From NCBI GenBank assembly GCA_937124615.1, contig CAKZKR010000043.1, forward strand, positions 1,615-65,614: a stretch of 64,000 nt of DNA, written 5' to 3'. Origin of the DNA: an uncultured bacterium. Lineage in GTDB: Bacteria > Hydrogenedentota > Hydrogenedentia > Hydrogenedentales > Hydrogenedentaceae. Each line of letters begins with the position of its first letter. The stretch's first letter is position 1. Made by a program: the position numbers and the translations under genes. Below are positions 9,146-21,136 of the stretch, in pieces. The notes under the pieces were generated by a model. It searched no databases, was not told the origin of the DNA, and was given only the letters and a program-made list of their open reading frames with translations.

Positions 9146-11680
9146 TTATACCCCCTTACGATTTAATTGAATAAACATTTCCTGCGTTCGGTAAGATTTT
9201 GGAACATAATCAGGAAGCGGTTTTATTTGCTGATGATAGGCATCTAAAAAACTAAACGGCTGGGGGAAATAACTCTCCTCCAATTCTGCGGGAGGAACAA
9301 TCCAATTAGGAGAACCAATAACACAAATAGGAGCATCTAAATAATCAAAGGCTATTTGGCTCAGTTGTCCTGCTACAGTATGCAAATAACTACCTCTCTC
9401 GCATGCATCGCTTGCAAGGATAAGTTTTCCTGTTTTCTTAATAGACTCTACTATAGGATCATAGTTAATTGGAACAAGTGTCTGTCCATCAATCAATTCC
9501 ACACTGATACCATATTCATTCTCAAAACGCTTAACTGCATCCCATGCTCTATAAAGGGTGGCCCCAAAAGTCATGATGGTCAGGTCTTTTCCCTCTTTGA
9601 TAATTTCAGGCTCACCAATGGGCAGTCTGTAATATTCTTTGGGCACTCCTTGTTTATGGAAAATTTCTACTTGATTGTAGAGTCTTTGACTTTCAAAAAA
9701 GATAACAGGGTCACTTCCACTCAAAGCAGAAGCAATAAGTCCCTTAGCAGAATAAGGAGTTGCAGGAAAAACAACTTTCAGTCCCGGCACATGTGCACAT
9801 AATGCAGTCCAATCTTGAGAGTGTTGGGCTCCGTATTTTGCTCCTACAGAAACACGAAGGACCACCGGCATTTTTAATTCCCCTGCAGACATGGCTTGCC
9901 ATTTGGGCAACTGATTAAAGACCTCATCCCCTGCTCGACCCATAAAATCACAATACATCAATTCTACTAACGGCCTACCTCCTTCCATAGCCACACCAAC
10001 TGCTGTACCTACAATAGCTCCTTCAGATATAGGAGAATTGAAAAGGCGATGGTAAGGAATGGCTTCTGTTAATCCCTGATATACAGCAAAAGCACCACCC
10101 CAATCTCGATTTTCTTCGCCGTAAGCAATAAGCCTCGAATCGTGATAGAAGTGATAGAGTATCGACTCAAAAATGGCTTCTCCAAAAGTAACGGCCTGTG
10201 TCGCTTTTAATGGGTTTCCATTTTCATCAATACCTACACGCAATTTTTTTTCTATCTTTTTCAAACGGGGATTATCTTCATAGGGGATTAATACATCAGA
10301 TGGACTCTCAAGTCCAGGGAGATCTTTTTCCTCCCGATTTGAAAACATCAAGTTTGCAAGCCCTGAAGTTTGCGTCAACTTCATACGAGGTGAAATTTCT
10401 AAACTTGTAGCCCGTTGACATGCTTTTCTAACTTTCTTTTGAGCATACGCTTTTATCTTTTCAAGTTCTGTCTCCGTTGCCAATCCGGCGGACTTAATTT
10501 TTTCTGCGAATTCAACAATAGGGTCAACCGATTTCCACATTTCAACTTCTTGATGGTCACGATAGGAAGACTGATCACTGGGAGAATGTCCTGACTGACG
10601 ATAACATATTACATCCAGTAACACAGGTCCCTGTCCATTTTCTATTAATGGGATTTTTCGACGGTATGCATCTGCGACGGCCAATGGATTGTTTCCGTCA
10701 ACAACTTCCGCATGCATATTCTCTGTATTCAGCCCTGCACCTATACGAGCAAGCCGTTCAAAACCTGCTGTTTCTCCGATAGGCTGACCCCCCATTCCAT
10801 AAAAATTGTCCATAAAATTAAATATGATAGGTAAGCCACCTTTATGTTCGTCGTCCCATAAAGTTTTATACTGTCCCATTACAGAGAACATCATTGCTTC
10901 CCACACAGGTCCACAGGCAACAGATGCATCTCCAATGTTCGCAATTGTAACACCGGGTTGTTTGCGAGCCTTCCGGTACAGTGCAGAACCTGTGGCTATA
11001 TCCGCACTACCCCCTACGATCGCATTGGCAGGGTATACCCCAAAAGGAGTAAAGAACGCATGCATGGAACCTCCCATCCCCTTATTAAAACCATACTCAC
11101 GACCAAAAATCTCTGCTAAAAGTCCATATAGAAGAAAATCAACGCCTAATTCTTCTTCTTCGTTAGTTTTTAACAAAACCTTGTTTTTTTCTCCCTTAAT
11201 AACGAGTGGAGACCCATCCGGTTCATAGCTTTCTACAACTTGTAATATTTTACCATCCCAATAGGTTTTCATAATTTCCGTTAAACGATTTCCCGTTAAA
11301 TCATGGATAGCACGCAGTCCCTTAGCGATAATTTCTCCATGACTCCGATGACTACCAAAAATATGGTCATGAACACGAAGGAAAACGCATTCACCGACAG
11401 CACTACCTTCCTGTCCAATTGAAAGGTGTGCCGGTCCCGCATGTTGATACTCGATACCTTCATACGAACCCAATTTCTTAATCTTGTCTAACATGGTCTC
11501 AAATTCACGGATAATCACCATATCACGAAATATTCTAATGGCTACTTCGGGTGTAATCCCTTCATTGGCCTCTAATTCTTGTTTTAGGCTACGCTGGTAT
11601 TGATTTACAGGGATACTTTTTACCTTAATTTCTCCTTTTTTTCGCATTTCTTCAGGAGATATAAGAATTCTCTTTGTCAT
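9146..11680 (-). CDS. Thiamine-diphosphate-dependent 2-oxoacid dehydrogenase E1 component with fused alpha and beta subunits
   Basis: The 844 aa product has an N-terminal half with an E1-alpha TPP-binding region (GDASVACGPVWEAM). The C-terminal half is an E1-beta transketolase-like pyrimidine-binding domain. Confidence 0.75.
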   Translation of the reverse strand: MTKRILISPEEMRKKGEIKVKSIPVNQYQRSLKQELEANEGITPEVAIRIFRDMVIIREFETMLDKIKKLGSYEGIEYQHAGPAHLSIGQEGSAVGECVFLRVHDHIFGSHRSHGEIIAKGLRAIHDLTGNRLTEIMKTYWDGKILQVVESYEPDGSPLVIKGEKNKVLLKTNEEEELGVDFLLYGLLAEIFGREYGFNKGMGGSMHAFFTPFGVYPANAIVGGSADIATGSALYRKARKQPGVTIANIGDASVACGPVWEAMMFSVMGQYKTLWDDEHKGGLPIIFNFMDNFYGMGGQPIGETAGFERLARIGAGLNTENMHAEVVDGNNPLAVADAYRRKIPLIENGQGPVLLDVICYRQSGHSPSDQSSYRDHQEVEMWKSVDPIVEFAEKIKSAGLATETELEKIKAYAQKKVRKACQRATSLEISPRMKLTQTSGLANLMFSNREEKDLPGLESPSDVLIPYEDNPRLKKIEKKLRVGIDENGNPLKATQAVTFGEAIFESILYHFYHDSRLIAYGEENRDWGGAFAVYQGLTEAIPYHRLFNSPISEGAIVGTAVGVAMEGGRPLVELMYCDFMGRAGDEVFNQLPKWQAMSAGELKMPVVLRVSVGAKYGAQHSQDWTALCAHVPGLKVVFPATPYSAKGLIASALSGSDPVIFFESQRLYNQVEIFHKQGVPKEYYRLPIGEPEIIKEGKDLTIMTFGATLYRAWDAVKRFENEYGISVELIDGQTLVPINYDPIVESIKKTGKLILASDACERGSYLHTVAGQLSQIAFDYLDAPICVIGSPNWIVPPAELEESYFPQPFSFLDAYHQQIKPLPDYVPKSYRTQEMFIQLNRKGV

Positions 11681-11851
11681 TTTTTTTCCTTTTGCTATAC
11701 AATGAGATTTGAATGCCTATATGCAATAGATATTGCCTGTAAAAACAATATAGTATAAAACAATAGTATAAAAACTTACAAGTGGAATGATTTCTGTCTT
11801 TACAATAGAAGGTGATTATTTTTATATAAGAACCAACTACACCTTCTTAGA

Positions 11852-12415
11852 TTATCTGACATTCTTAATCAATTTATGAATCTCTCGTTTTATTTTTGAG
11901 TCCGTAAGGGACGAATAACCTAAAAAATAATTATGAACTTTCAAATTACTGTCCAAAACAAAAATAGAAGGAATTCTATCAAACAAAAATTTTTTACTGG
12001 CTTCTTCCTCTTTATCTGAGATTAGAATATTAACCGCATTTATATTATTCTCATCAATAAACTTTTTGATTCTATCTATATTGCCATCCCATACATTTAT
12101 TCCAAGGAATACCACTTGATTGGGGTCATATTCGCGTGCCAACTTTTCCAGATTCGGCAATGCTTTTACACAAGGACCGCACCAAGTAGCCCAAAAATCA
12201 ATGACAATTGCCTTTTTCCCTGCAAAAGTAGATAATTTTACCTCTGCACCATCAATCTTTTTAACTGTTAAATCCGGCGCTTTTTGACCATTTAAAGGAT
12301 GTGATTCCCCACTAATTGATAGGAAAGGTATTATAAAATACCCGGCCATTACAACAATTATCACTACCACAATAATTTTTTGTTTACGCGTGAACACATT
12401 TTGCCTCCCTCTCAA
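11852..12415 (-). CDS. Membrane-anchored TlpA/ResA-like thiol:disulfide oxidoreductase (thioredoxin fold)
   Basis: There is an N-terminal transmembrane segment. The thioredoxin active site is WATWCGPC. Confidence 0.8.
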   Translation of the reverse strand: MRGRQNVFTRKQKIIVVVIIVVMAGYFIIPFLSISGESHPLNGQKAPDLTVKKIDGAEVKLSTFAGKKAIVIDFWATWCGPCVKALPNLEKLAREYDPNQVVFLGINVWDGNIDRIKKFIDENNINAVNILISDKEEEASKKFLFDRIPSIFVLDSNLKVHNYFLGYSSLTDSKIKREIHKLIKNVR

Positions 12416-12437
12416 AATCTTATTACTTATTATACCA

Positions 12438-13580
12438 CTACTTTAATGCCTCTAATATCTCCTTTTTCAATTCTTCTTTCATCTCTGCTGAAAAACCTGT
12501 ATGCCCTGATTTGATAAAACCATCTTTACCAATTACCACCAACCGGGGTATACTTTTTACCCTGTATAAATCCGCAACTCCACCATCCTTATCCATAAGA
12601 ACAGGAATAGATATTCCTATCTTTTTGAGAAAACTTGTTATCTTTTCTTTTTCTTCTCCAAGATTAACAGCAAAGAAAACAACCTCTTTATCTTTTAATT
12701 CCTTGCTTACATCTTGAATAGCAGGCATCGCCATTCTGCAGGGACCACACCAACTCGCCCAAAAATCTAACACAACAACTTTTTTACCATGAAAATCCTT
12801 CAGAGAGACTTTTTCTCCATCTAAAGTCGGAAGAGTAAATTCCGGAGCTTTCTCTCCTACCATTTCTTTTCCTGCTTTGCTCGCTCCAGCAGGTGGATTA
12901 AACTTAAAAACACTCTCATCCGTAACTGAATTGACTTTCCAGTCATCAAAATAGATATTCATCGTACCGCCTGACGAGACTTGTGTTGCAGGAATTTCAG
13001 ATTGTACTCGTGTAATTTTTGGTTCACTCTCCATTGAAAACCACATATTAACTTCATCATTATTATCGACCTGGATTTGAAATTGTTTTTCTTTCTTTTC
13101 TGTTTGATTATCCGTCGGGGGGGTAACCTGTTTTATTGTAAGAGATGAAATCTGTTCTAAATCCCCAAAAACGATTGAATCTAAAAAATTAGGTGCACCA
13201 ATAAGCATAAACAAATTAATATTTCCGGGAGCATCTCTTTCTATATATCTTTTATCTTTATCGGAATAGATTGTTAAACCCGAGCCATTTCGAAAAACCT
13301 GAATATTCCCCTGTTGAGTGTCCAGTGATAAAAAATTTAGTTTATCTCCCTTTGTAATAACTTTAAACTTCTGTTCAATTTCTGATGCTTTTTTTGATGT
13401 ATCGTTAGAATTTATAGAATATATTATCTTTCCCTGAACTTCATACGATTCAGCATTTTTTAAGGATTTCAAAGCATCAAAAAATACTTGCTTACTTTCT
13501 TTTCCTTCATCTGCTTGAATAGAGAAAACGACAACAGAAAAAACAACTATAATGAGTTTTATAATTCTTGTAACTTTCAT
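12438..13580 (-). CDS. Secreted two-domain protein with a C-terminal TlpA-like thioredoxin domain
   Basis: It has a signal peptide. The C-terminal motif is FWASWCGPC. The N-terminal domain of about 230 aa is of unknown fold. Confidence 0.7.
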   Translation of the reverse strand: MKVTRIIKLIIVVFSVVVFSIQADEGKESKQVFFDALKSLKNAESYEVQGKIIYSINSNDTSKKASEIEQKFKVITKGDKLNFLSLDTQQGNIQVFRNGSGLTIYSDKDKRYIERDAPGNINLFMLIGAPNFLDSIVFGDLEQISSLTIKQVTPPTDNQTEKKEKQFQIQVDNNDEVNMWFSMESEPKITRVQSEIPATQVSSGGTMNIYFDDWKVNSVTDESVFKFNPPAGASKAGKEMVGEKAPEFTLPTLDGEKVSLKDFHGKKVVVLDFWASWCGPCRMAMPAIQDVSKELKDKEVVFFAVNLGEEKEKITSFLKKIGISIPVLMDKDGGVADLYRVKSIPRLVVIGKDGFIKSGHTGFSAEMKEELKKEILEALK

Positions 13581-13608
13581 AAATATCCTTTCTTTATTTT
13601 AATATTTT

Positions 13609-14763
13609 CTACAACTCTTCCCACGGATTTGTAAATTGGTCTCGAGCAGAAGAAGGTTCCGGAATTTTCTTTTCATAGACTTCTACATTATGTAATCTCC
13701 TTAATTCCTCCATCTTCTTTGCAATCAAAATGGGGGGTATAAGCAAATGCTTGACCTCATCAATAGAAGGTGTTCTCTCGGGACGATGTTCAAGCACTTT
13801 TAATACTACATAAGAATCGGGCATCACTTGTGCTATCATTTTCCCTGTTCCATCTTGAGCCATACTTTGAAACTCAGGCATGTACACAGGACCTAAAATA
13901 GTACCTTCCTCTGCATCTTCAGCCAAAGACCAGAAACCGCGAAAACGGGCTGAATTGGGGTTATTTTCAATCTCACTTTCACTAATTATAATATTTTTTA
14001 TCTCGGGAGCAATTACAACAGACTCTTTTTGCATCAGCAGTTCATTCACTAAATTATCAAAATCCTTGCCTTTGTCTATCTGTTTTCGATATTCAGAACA
14101 TATATTTGCTGAATTTGGAATTGATGTCGGAACAAATATTCCACGAAATCTTATTGTCTCAAAAAAATGATAATTATCTTTTTTTAAGTTATATTCCCGT
14201 TCTATCTCTTCCTGTGATACATCCAATTTTCCTGCTTTAACATCTTCCCCTACCAAATAAACTATCGCCTGGTCACCCAAAAGCCTTTCATAAATTTTAT
14301 CTGTCTCTTGTTCTATATATTCTTTCATTGTGCGGAGTGTGGCAGGGGTTAAGTTATATACTTGCATGAGAGGGGTTATAGCATCACCTTCAGGTATGGG
14401 AATATCCCAAATTGCTCTTAATTGTTCTTGCTCATCACCCGCTAAACGAAAGAATTGTTCCCTTGCCAGATCACGATTTAATGTAATCTTTCCTTCTTCC
14501 GCTAATTTTTTACCTAATGGAATTTTTATCCTCAGGTCAATTTGTTGGTTTAATACACGCAGGAAATCTCCCCGACTGGTAATTTTAGGTCTTTCACGGT
14601 CATCCATTTCACGAAGAATTTTATACAAATCCCCTCTTGTAATGTATTCATTATCTATCCGTGCTATTCTAATGGTCTCCGGGTCCCCTATCTTTCCACA
14701 AGCAGAAATAACAAATAACAAGATTACAACTAATAATTTTCCTGTTCTAATAAGCCCATTCAT
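13609..14763 (-). CDS. Lipoprotein, possibly a periplasmic chaperone-like protein (SurA N-terminal-domain-like)
   Basis: It has a signal peptide with a lipobox (LLFVISACG). The assignment is weak and no peptidyl-prolyl isomerase (PPIase) signature was identified. Confidence 0.3.
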   Translation of the reverse strand: MNGLIRTGKLLVVILLFVISACGKIGDPETIRIARIDNEYITRGDLYKILREMDDRERPKITSRGDFLRVLNQQIDLRIKIPLGKKLAEEGKITLNRDLAREQFFRLAGDEQEQLRAIWDIPIPEGDAITPLMQVYNLTPATLRTMKEYIEQETDKIYERLLGDQAIVYLVGEDVKAGKLDVSQEEIEREYNLKKDNYHFFETIRFRGIFVPTSIPNSANICSEYRKQIDKGKDFDNLVNELLMQKESVVIAPEIKNIIISESEIENNPNSARFRGFWSLAEDAEEGTILGPVYMPEFQSMAQDGTGKMIAQVMPDSYVVLKVLEHRPERTPSIDEVKHLLIPPILIAKKMEELRRLHNVEVYEKKIPEPSSARDQFTNPWEEL

Positions 14764-14838
14764 ATAAATATTTCCAACCTTTTTTAGTATGATTATATTA
14801 TTTTACAAAGGGAAAAAGGTAATAAGATATATAGGATA

Positions 14839-17022
14839 TCAAAGCAAAGTTGTTAACTTCTGCCGTATCCTTTCCAATTTTTCTCTTTCACCACTACGAT
14901 TATATAAATCTTGCATACTCCTCAGAACTAATATAACAGAAGGATCTTTTTCACCCCATGTTTTTTGCCAAATTTCTAAAGCCTTCATATAATAAAGTTC
15001 AGACTCTTTAAATTGCTTCATCTCAAGATATAACAATCCCATATTGTTATAAGTTGTTGCCAATTCAGGGTAATTGGGCCCTAAAAATTGCTGTTTAATT
15101 GCCAGCGCATCCTTGAAGAAAACCTCTGATTCCTTATAGCGTTTCATATCACAGTAAAGTGAGGCTAGATTATTCATTGTTTTCGCTACTTCAATATGCT
15201 GAGAACCGAAAAGTCTGCGTTTCATTTCCAGGGATTTTAAATAATAATCTTCCGCTTCTTTATAACGCCGTTGAGACTGATATACCCCAGCTAAATTGTT
15301 CATAGCCCTTGCTAAATCGGGGTGGTCAATGTCTCCAAATGCTGTTTTCCAGATGGTAATAGAACGCAGATACAAAGGTTCAGCAGAGGCATATTTCCCT
15401 TGTGCCAGATACAACGCTTCTAAATCTTGAAGTATTGTTGCAACTTCGGGATGAAGAGGTCCCAATACCTTCTCACGAATTTCCAGAGCACGACGATACA
15501 AACTCTCCGCAGGCGGGTATTTTTCTTGACACTCAAATAGACGGGCTAATTGATGGTATAAAGTAGCCACAGCGTTGTTGAAGGTACCTAAACTCTTTTC
15601 TAAAATCTGTAATGCCTGCCTGTAAAACCGTTCCGCATCTTCATATCTTCTTTCTGTTTGCCGTAGTTCACCTATGTTTGCAAGGACCATCGCTACATTG
15701 GGATGTTCAGGACCCGATATTCTACGCCACAAGTCAATTGCATCAAAATATAATTTCTCCGCTTCTATAAATCTTTCCTGAAAACGATAGGTCTCTGCCA
15801 AATTGTTTAATGTCGTTGCGACATTTGGATGTTCAGGTCCGTAAATCTTCTTCCAGATTTCTAATGCCCGTTTATAATTCTTCTCTGACTCCTCCAATCT
15901 TCCTAAAAATTTTAGCACCTCTGCCCAGATACACAAAGCATTACCTACATGAATGTCTTCAGGACCATAGACCTCCTCCCAGATTTCGAGACACTTAACA
16001 CAAAGTGGTTCCGCTTTTTGTGGGAAACCCTGTACTTTGTATAACTCTGCCAATTGATGACAGGTAATAGCAATATCCGGATGCTTCGGAGGTAATATAT
16101 TCTGTTTGATAGATAATGCTTCCTGATACAATTTTTCCGCATCATAGAATTTACCGACAACACGGTAATATCCTGCTAAATTATGAATGACACGGGCTAC
16201 ATCTATATTCGAACCGCCCCATATGGTTTTATATAAATGAAGAGCGCGTTCTGTATATGAAATAGCCTCATTAACCTTTCCCTGTCCGTGACACAGTACA
16301 CCCAAAGCATTTAATGTAAATGCAGTCTCTGGATGATTCGGTCCTAATGTATTCTCCCGTATCTCCAGTGCCCTCCGATATAATGATTCTGCCAGAACTA
16401 AATCGTTCCTTTGGCGATATATATCCCCTAATAATTGAACCGTAGCAGCCACATCATGATGAAAAGGTCCGAGAATCTTTTCACGAATATCCAATGATTC
16501 CTGACAACGCTTTTCTGCTTCTGCATATTTTCCCATTGTTAAATACAGTCCTGCAAGATTATACAAAGAACGAGCCACATCCGCATGTCTCTGCCCTAAC
16601 ACCCTTCTTCTAATTTCCAATGCGTTACTATGTGCTTTTTCGGCTTCCTCATATTTCTTCTGTTCATGACAAATTACACCCAATGTATGCCAGCTATTTG
16701 CTACATCCTCATGCATATCACCCAGATACTTCCTGCGAACATCTAACGACCTCTGAGCATATCTCTCCGCATCAGAATATTTTTTCAACCCCCTTAATAT
16801 CTCCGCCATATTATTTAAACTAATAGCATACCTGGGGTCACTCTCTTCAAAATTTTGTTCCGCATATTGCAAAGCCTCCTGAGCAAGTGGCAAGGCCTGG
16901 GTAAATAACCTTGATTTAAATAATTCCACCACCATTGAAATTTTGCTTTGCCATTCTTTTTCAAGAATATCACTCAGCGATGTCCCCCCAATACCTATTT
17001 CATTGGACATCTCGTTATCCAT
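14839..17022 (-). CDS. Tetratricopeptide (TPR) repeat protein with kinesin-light-chain-type repeats
   Basis: The 727 aa product has more than 12 regularly spaced 42-residue repeats of the pattern A..Y..AL.I....LG..HP.VA....NLA. Confidence 0.8.
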   Translation of the reverse strand: MDNEMSNEIGIGGTSLSDILEKEWQSKISMVVELFKSRLFTQALPLAQEALQYAEQNFEESDPRYAISLNNMAEILRGLKKYSDAERYAQRSLDVRRKYLGDMHEDVANSWHTLGVICHEQKKYEEAEKAHSNALEIRRRVLGQRHADVARSLYNLAGLYLTMGKYAEAEKRCQESLDIREKILGPFHHDVAATVQLLGDIYRQRNDLVLAESLYRRALEIRENTLGPNHPETAFTLNALGVLCHGQGKVNEAISYTERALHLYKTIWGGSNIDVARVIHNLAGYYRVVGKFYDAEKLYQEALSIKQNILPPKHPDIAITCHQLAELYKVQGFPQKAEPLCVKCLEIWEEVYGPEDIHVGNALCIWAEVLKFLGRLEESEKNYKRALEIWKKIYGPEHPNVATTLNNLAETYRFQERFIEAEKLYFDAIDLWRRISGPEHPNVAMVLANIGELRQTERRYEDAERFYRQALQILEKSLGTFNNAVATLYHQLARLFECQEKYPPAESLYRRALEIREKVLGPLHPEVATILQDLEALYLAQGKYASAEPLYLRSITIWKTAFGDIDHPDLARAMNNLAGVYQSQRRYKEAEDYYLKSLEMKRRLFGSQHIEVAKTMNNLASLYCDMKRYKESEVFFKDALAIKQQFLGPNYPELATTYNNMGLLYLEMKQFKESELYYMKALEIWQKTWGEKDPSVILVLRSMQDLYNRSGEREKLERIRQKLTTLL

Positions 17023-17131
17023 TCACTATAACTCCCGGTGAAAATTTCTCATTGTCTCTAAATGTATTATTCCACAATCGGTGCTAAATTTTTAATCATT
17101 ATAACAAAAAATTTCTGTCAACAATAATCTT

Positions 17132-17494
17132 TTAACCCCTATCTTCTTTTTTAGATATTAATGACCGTAAAAACTCTTCAACTATTTTATTCTTATTCTC
17201 TTCTGCAATATTTTTCCTCTCTACAACTTTTATCGGAGATTGGATATATTCCCTGTGGCAAGAGGGACAAAGGTCGAACTCAAAACTTTTATAAATTTGT
17301 TCTTCAAGTTCATCAGCACTCATCTGCTCCATCTTTTTGATTAATTGTAGTATCTCCTGCTGATGGTGTTGAATTAAATCAATTAAATGAATTTCATTTT
17401 GCTCATATATTGCGGATACCTCAATCTTAACACGATAGCGGAGTTCCTCCTTATTTAAATTTCTGCCACACCCATCACATTTATAAAAAGTCAT
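17132..17494 (-). CDS. Hypothetical zinc-ribbon protein
   Basis: A CxxC pair (CDGCG) near the N-terminus and CPSCH near aa 80 flank a helical region. Confidence 0.5.
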   Translation of the reverse strand: MTFYKCDGCGRNLNKEELRYRVKIEVSAIYEQNEIHLIDLIQHHQQEILQLIKKMEQMSADELEEQIYKSFEFDLCPSCHREYIQSPIKVVERKNIAEENKNKIVEEFLRSLISKKEDRG

Positions 17495-18102
17495 TCATCT
17501 AACTCCACATTTATTAATAATATATAATACAGATAAAAAAGGAACTCACTCAAAAAAAATGGCGTCATAACTGGATAGGTTATGACGCACTCAAGGAGGT
17601 AAGAACATGAGACTGTTTACCCGATAGGCGTGTATTCTTCAGGCTACATTGATGTATTCAACTGTCTCATATTCATAAATATTTATCGGCAAAAAAAGAA
17701 AATACTTTACTTATTCTCCGATTTTATACTTGTTATCTTAAATAGAATCCACTTAATCCAATTGCAATTCCATTATAAAATTTCGATAAATTTTATACAC
17801 AGCGTCCGTCTATTTTTTAATTAATATAAAATAAGAACGCCACGACAGTTTACTGTCATGGCGCTATTCTGGATGCTTGTCCTCTATGGGACACTCTTGA
17901 CTTCCCTGTCTTTTGCCTCAACCTCCATGTGTCGGCTTCCATTATTTAATATCGGCAGAATAAATTTTTTCTTTAATAAAAATTATTCCCAATTTGCGGA
18001 ACTAATAAGGAATCTTCTCTGTTTCAGTAAAATAAGGTTTGCCTTTTGAAAAGTTTTTTTATTAAACTTTTAGTTTCAAGTCAAAGTATTAAGGGGAATA
18101 TT

Positions 18103-19059
18103 ATGAAAATATTAATAACAGGTGTAGCAGGGTTTATTGGTTCGAACCTTGCGGACCAACTTATCGCATGTAAAAACGAGGTTGTTGGAATTGACGATTT
18201 TAGCCCAACCTATGATCCACAGATAAAACGCAGATATATAGAAAATGCTTCCAAATCAGAACTTTTTACTTTATATGAAGCCAATATATGCGATAGAGAA
18301 ACTGTCTATGAGATTTTTGAAAGACAAAAACCGGATGTTGTTGTTCATCTTGCAGCACGTGCCGGTGTCCGTCCCTCACTCGAACACCCTGAGGAATACT
18401 ACAGGGTTAATATAATTGGTTCACAAAACATATTGGATGCCTGTCGTGACATTCGTCCATCGCATCTAGTTTTTGCCTCCAGTTCATCTGTATACGGAGG
18501 TAGCAAAGCCATCCCCTATTCGGAAGAAGACCCTGTTATGTTCCCGATCAGTCCGTATGCAGTAACGAAACGAACAAATGAACTTCAATCTCATGTGTAT
18601 AGTTCAATTTATGGTTTGAATATAACAATGCTTCGTTTTTTTACGGTATATGGTCCTCGTCAAAGACCGGATATGGGGATACATAAATTTACAAAACAAA
18701 TTATTGATGGAAATCCAGTAGTATTATTTGGTGATGGGACTTCAGCCCGAGATTATACTTATATCGATGATATTCTGGATGGTATTATGAAAAGTATAGA
18801 AAGACCTTTCCGATATGAAATTTTTAATTTAGGTGAGAGCCGAACAACAAAACTCATTGATCTTATCGAACTGATTTCAAAATGTATAGGGAAACCTGCA
18901 AAAATTGAATGGCAACCTTATCAACCCGGTGATGTTGAAATTACCTATGCAGATATTACTCACGCCTGCACCTTACTTAATTACAAACCCTGTATCCCCG
19001 TAGAAGAGGGTATTCGAAGGTATGTTCACTGGTTTAAAAAATTTTACAATATCGATTAG
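18103..19059 (+). CDS. NAD-dependent sugar-nucleotide epimerase/dehydratase (UDP-glucuronate 4-epimerase-like)
   Basis: The start is placed at the internal Met of MKILITGVAGFIGSNLA. A catalytic YAVTK is present. It is the first gene of a GDP/UDP-sugar operon. Confidence 0.75.
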   Translation: MKILITGVAGFIGSNLADQLIACKNEVVGIDDFSPTYDPQIKRRYIENASKSELFTLYEANICDRETVYEIFERQKPDVVVHLAARAGVRPSLEHPEEYYRVNIIGSQNILDACRDIRPSHLVFASSSSVYGGSKAIPYSEEDPVMFPISPYAVTKRTNELQSHVYSSIYGLNITMLRFFTVYGPRQRPDMGIHKFTKQIIDGNPVVLFGDGTSARDYTYIDDILDGIMKSIERPFRYEIFNLGESRTTKLIDLIELISKCIGKPAKIEWQPYQPGDVEITYADITHACTLLNYKPCIPVEEGIRRYVHWFKKFYNID

Positions 19060-20072
<1,013 letters not shown>

Positions 20073-20073
<1 letters not shown>

Positions 20074-21011
20074 TGATGAGCAAACGGGCTCTTGTTACCG
20101 GCGCCGGAGGTTTTGTCGGCAAATATTTAACAAAACATCTCCAAAACTGTGGGTGGGAAGTTCTTGGTTGCGACATGGTCCCCCATATAGGAGTACAGGT
20201 CTGTAATTTATTAAACAAACAAGAAACAGAAAATTTTTTAAAATCAATAGGTCCTGTGTCTCATGTATTTCATTTATCTGCTATTAGTTTTGTCCCACAA
20301 TCTATGCAGGACCCTCTTACCTGTTTCCAAACAAATACAGACAGTGTAGTTGGGTTAGCACATCTTCTGAATAAACATTACGGGGAAAAAACTTCCTTCA
20401 TTTTTATCAGCACTTCCGAAGTATATGGTCCCCCACATTATCTACCTATAGATGAACAACATCCCCTGAATCCACAAAATCCATATGCAATTTCCAAACT
20501 TTCCTCTGATTTGTACTGCCAATATCTCAACAAAAAAGGAGTATTATTCACAACAATTATCCGTCCTTTTAATCATTCTGGCGCCGGTCAAAACGAACAG
20601 TTTGTCCTGTCCAGTTTTGCAAAGCAATTTATCGAAATAAAAAAAGGGATAAAAAAACCTTTCCTCCATGTGGGGAATATTGATGTAGAACGAGATTTTT
20701 TACATGTACTAGATGTCGTCTGGGCCTATGAACTGCTTGCACAAAAAGAGGCTAATGGCGAAGTTTATAACTTATGTTCAGGGAAATCTCATTCCCTTAA
20801 ACAAATCATAGAACTTTTGCAGGTAATTACAGGAATAGAAGTCGAGATTTGTGTCGATTCAGAACGGACGCGAACAAATGATATACAAAGAATATATGGA
20901 AGTCATGAAAAGTTGAGAAAAATTATCCAATGGGAACCGAAACACAATATAAAAGATATTTTAACTGACTTACTGAACTACTGGAGCGAAAGAATAGAGT
21001 CCACAACTTAA
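20073..21011 (+). CDS. GDP-4-keto-6-deoxy-D-mannose reductase (Rmd-like), short-chain dehydrogenase/reductase family
   Basis: The N-terminus is KRALVTGAGGFVGKYL. Its start overlaps the gmd stop (ATGATGA). An Rmd-type partner directly downstream of gmd is the usual arrangement. Confidence 0.6.
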
Positions 21012-21059
21012 TGCATATCTTGCGTTTTTTATTCGTTTTTTTGTAAAATTAACCAAGGT

Positions 21060-21136
21060 GCCGGGGTAGCTCAGTTGGTTAGAGCACTGGATTGTGGTTC
21101 CAGATGTCCTGGGTTCGACTCCCAGCCCCGGTACCA
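21060..21136 (+). tRNA. tRNA-His (anticodon GTG)
   Basis: A cloverleaf was folded by eye. The acceptor stem is GCCGGGG/CCCCGGT, the D-arm is GCTC..GAGC, the anticodon arm is CTGGA-TTGTGGT-TCCAG, the T-arm is CTGGG-TTCGACT-CCCAG, and CCA is encoded. Confidence 0.75.

Noticed and set aside
9356-11228. Plus-strand ORFs (148, 70 and 140 aa) inside the E1 alpha/beta gene
   Set aside because: They are embedded antisense in a conserved enzyme gene and have no independent signals.
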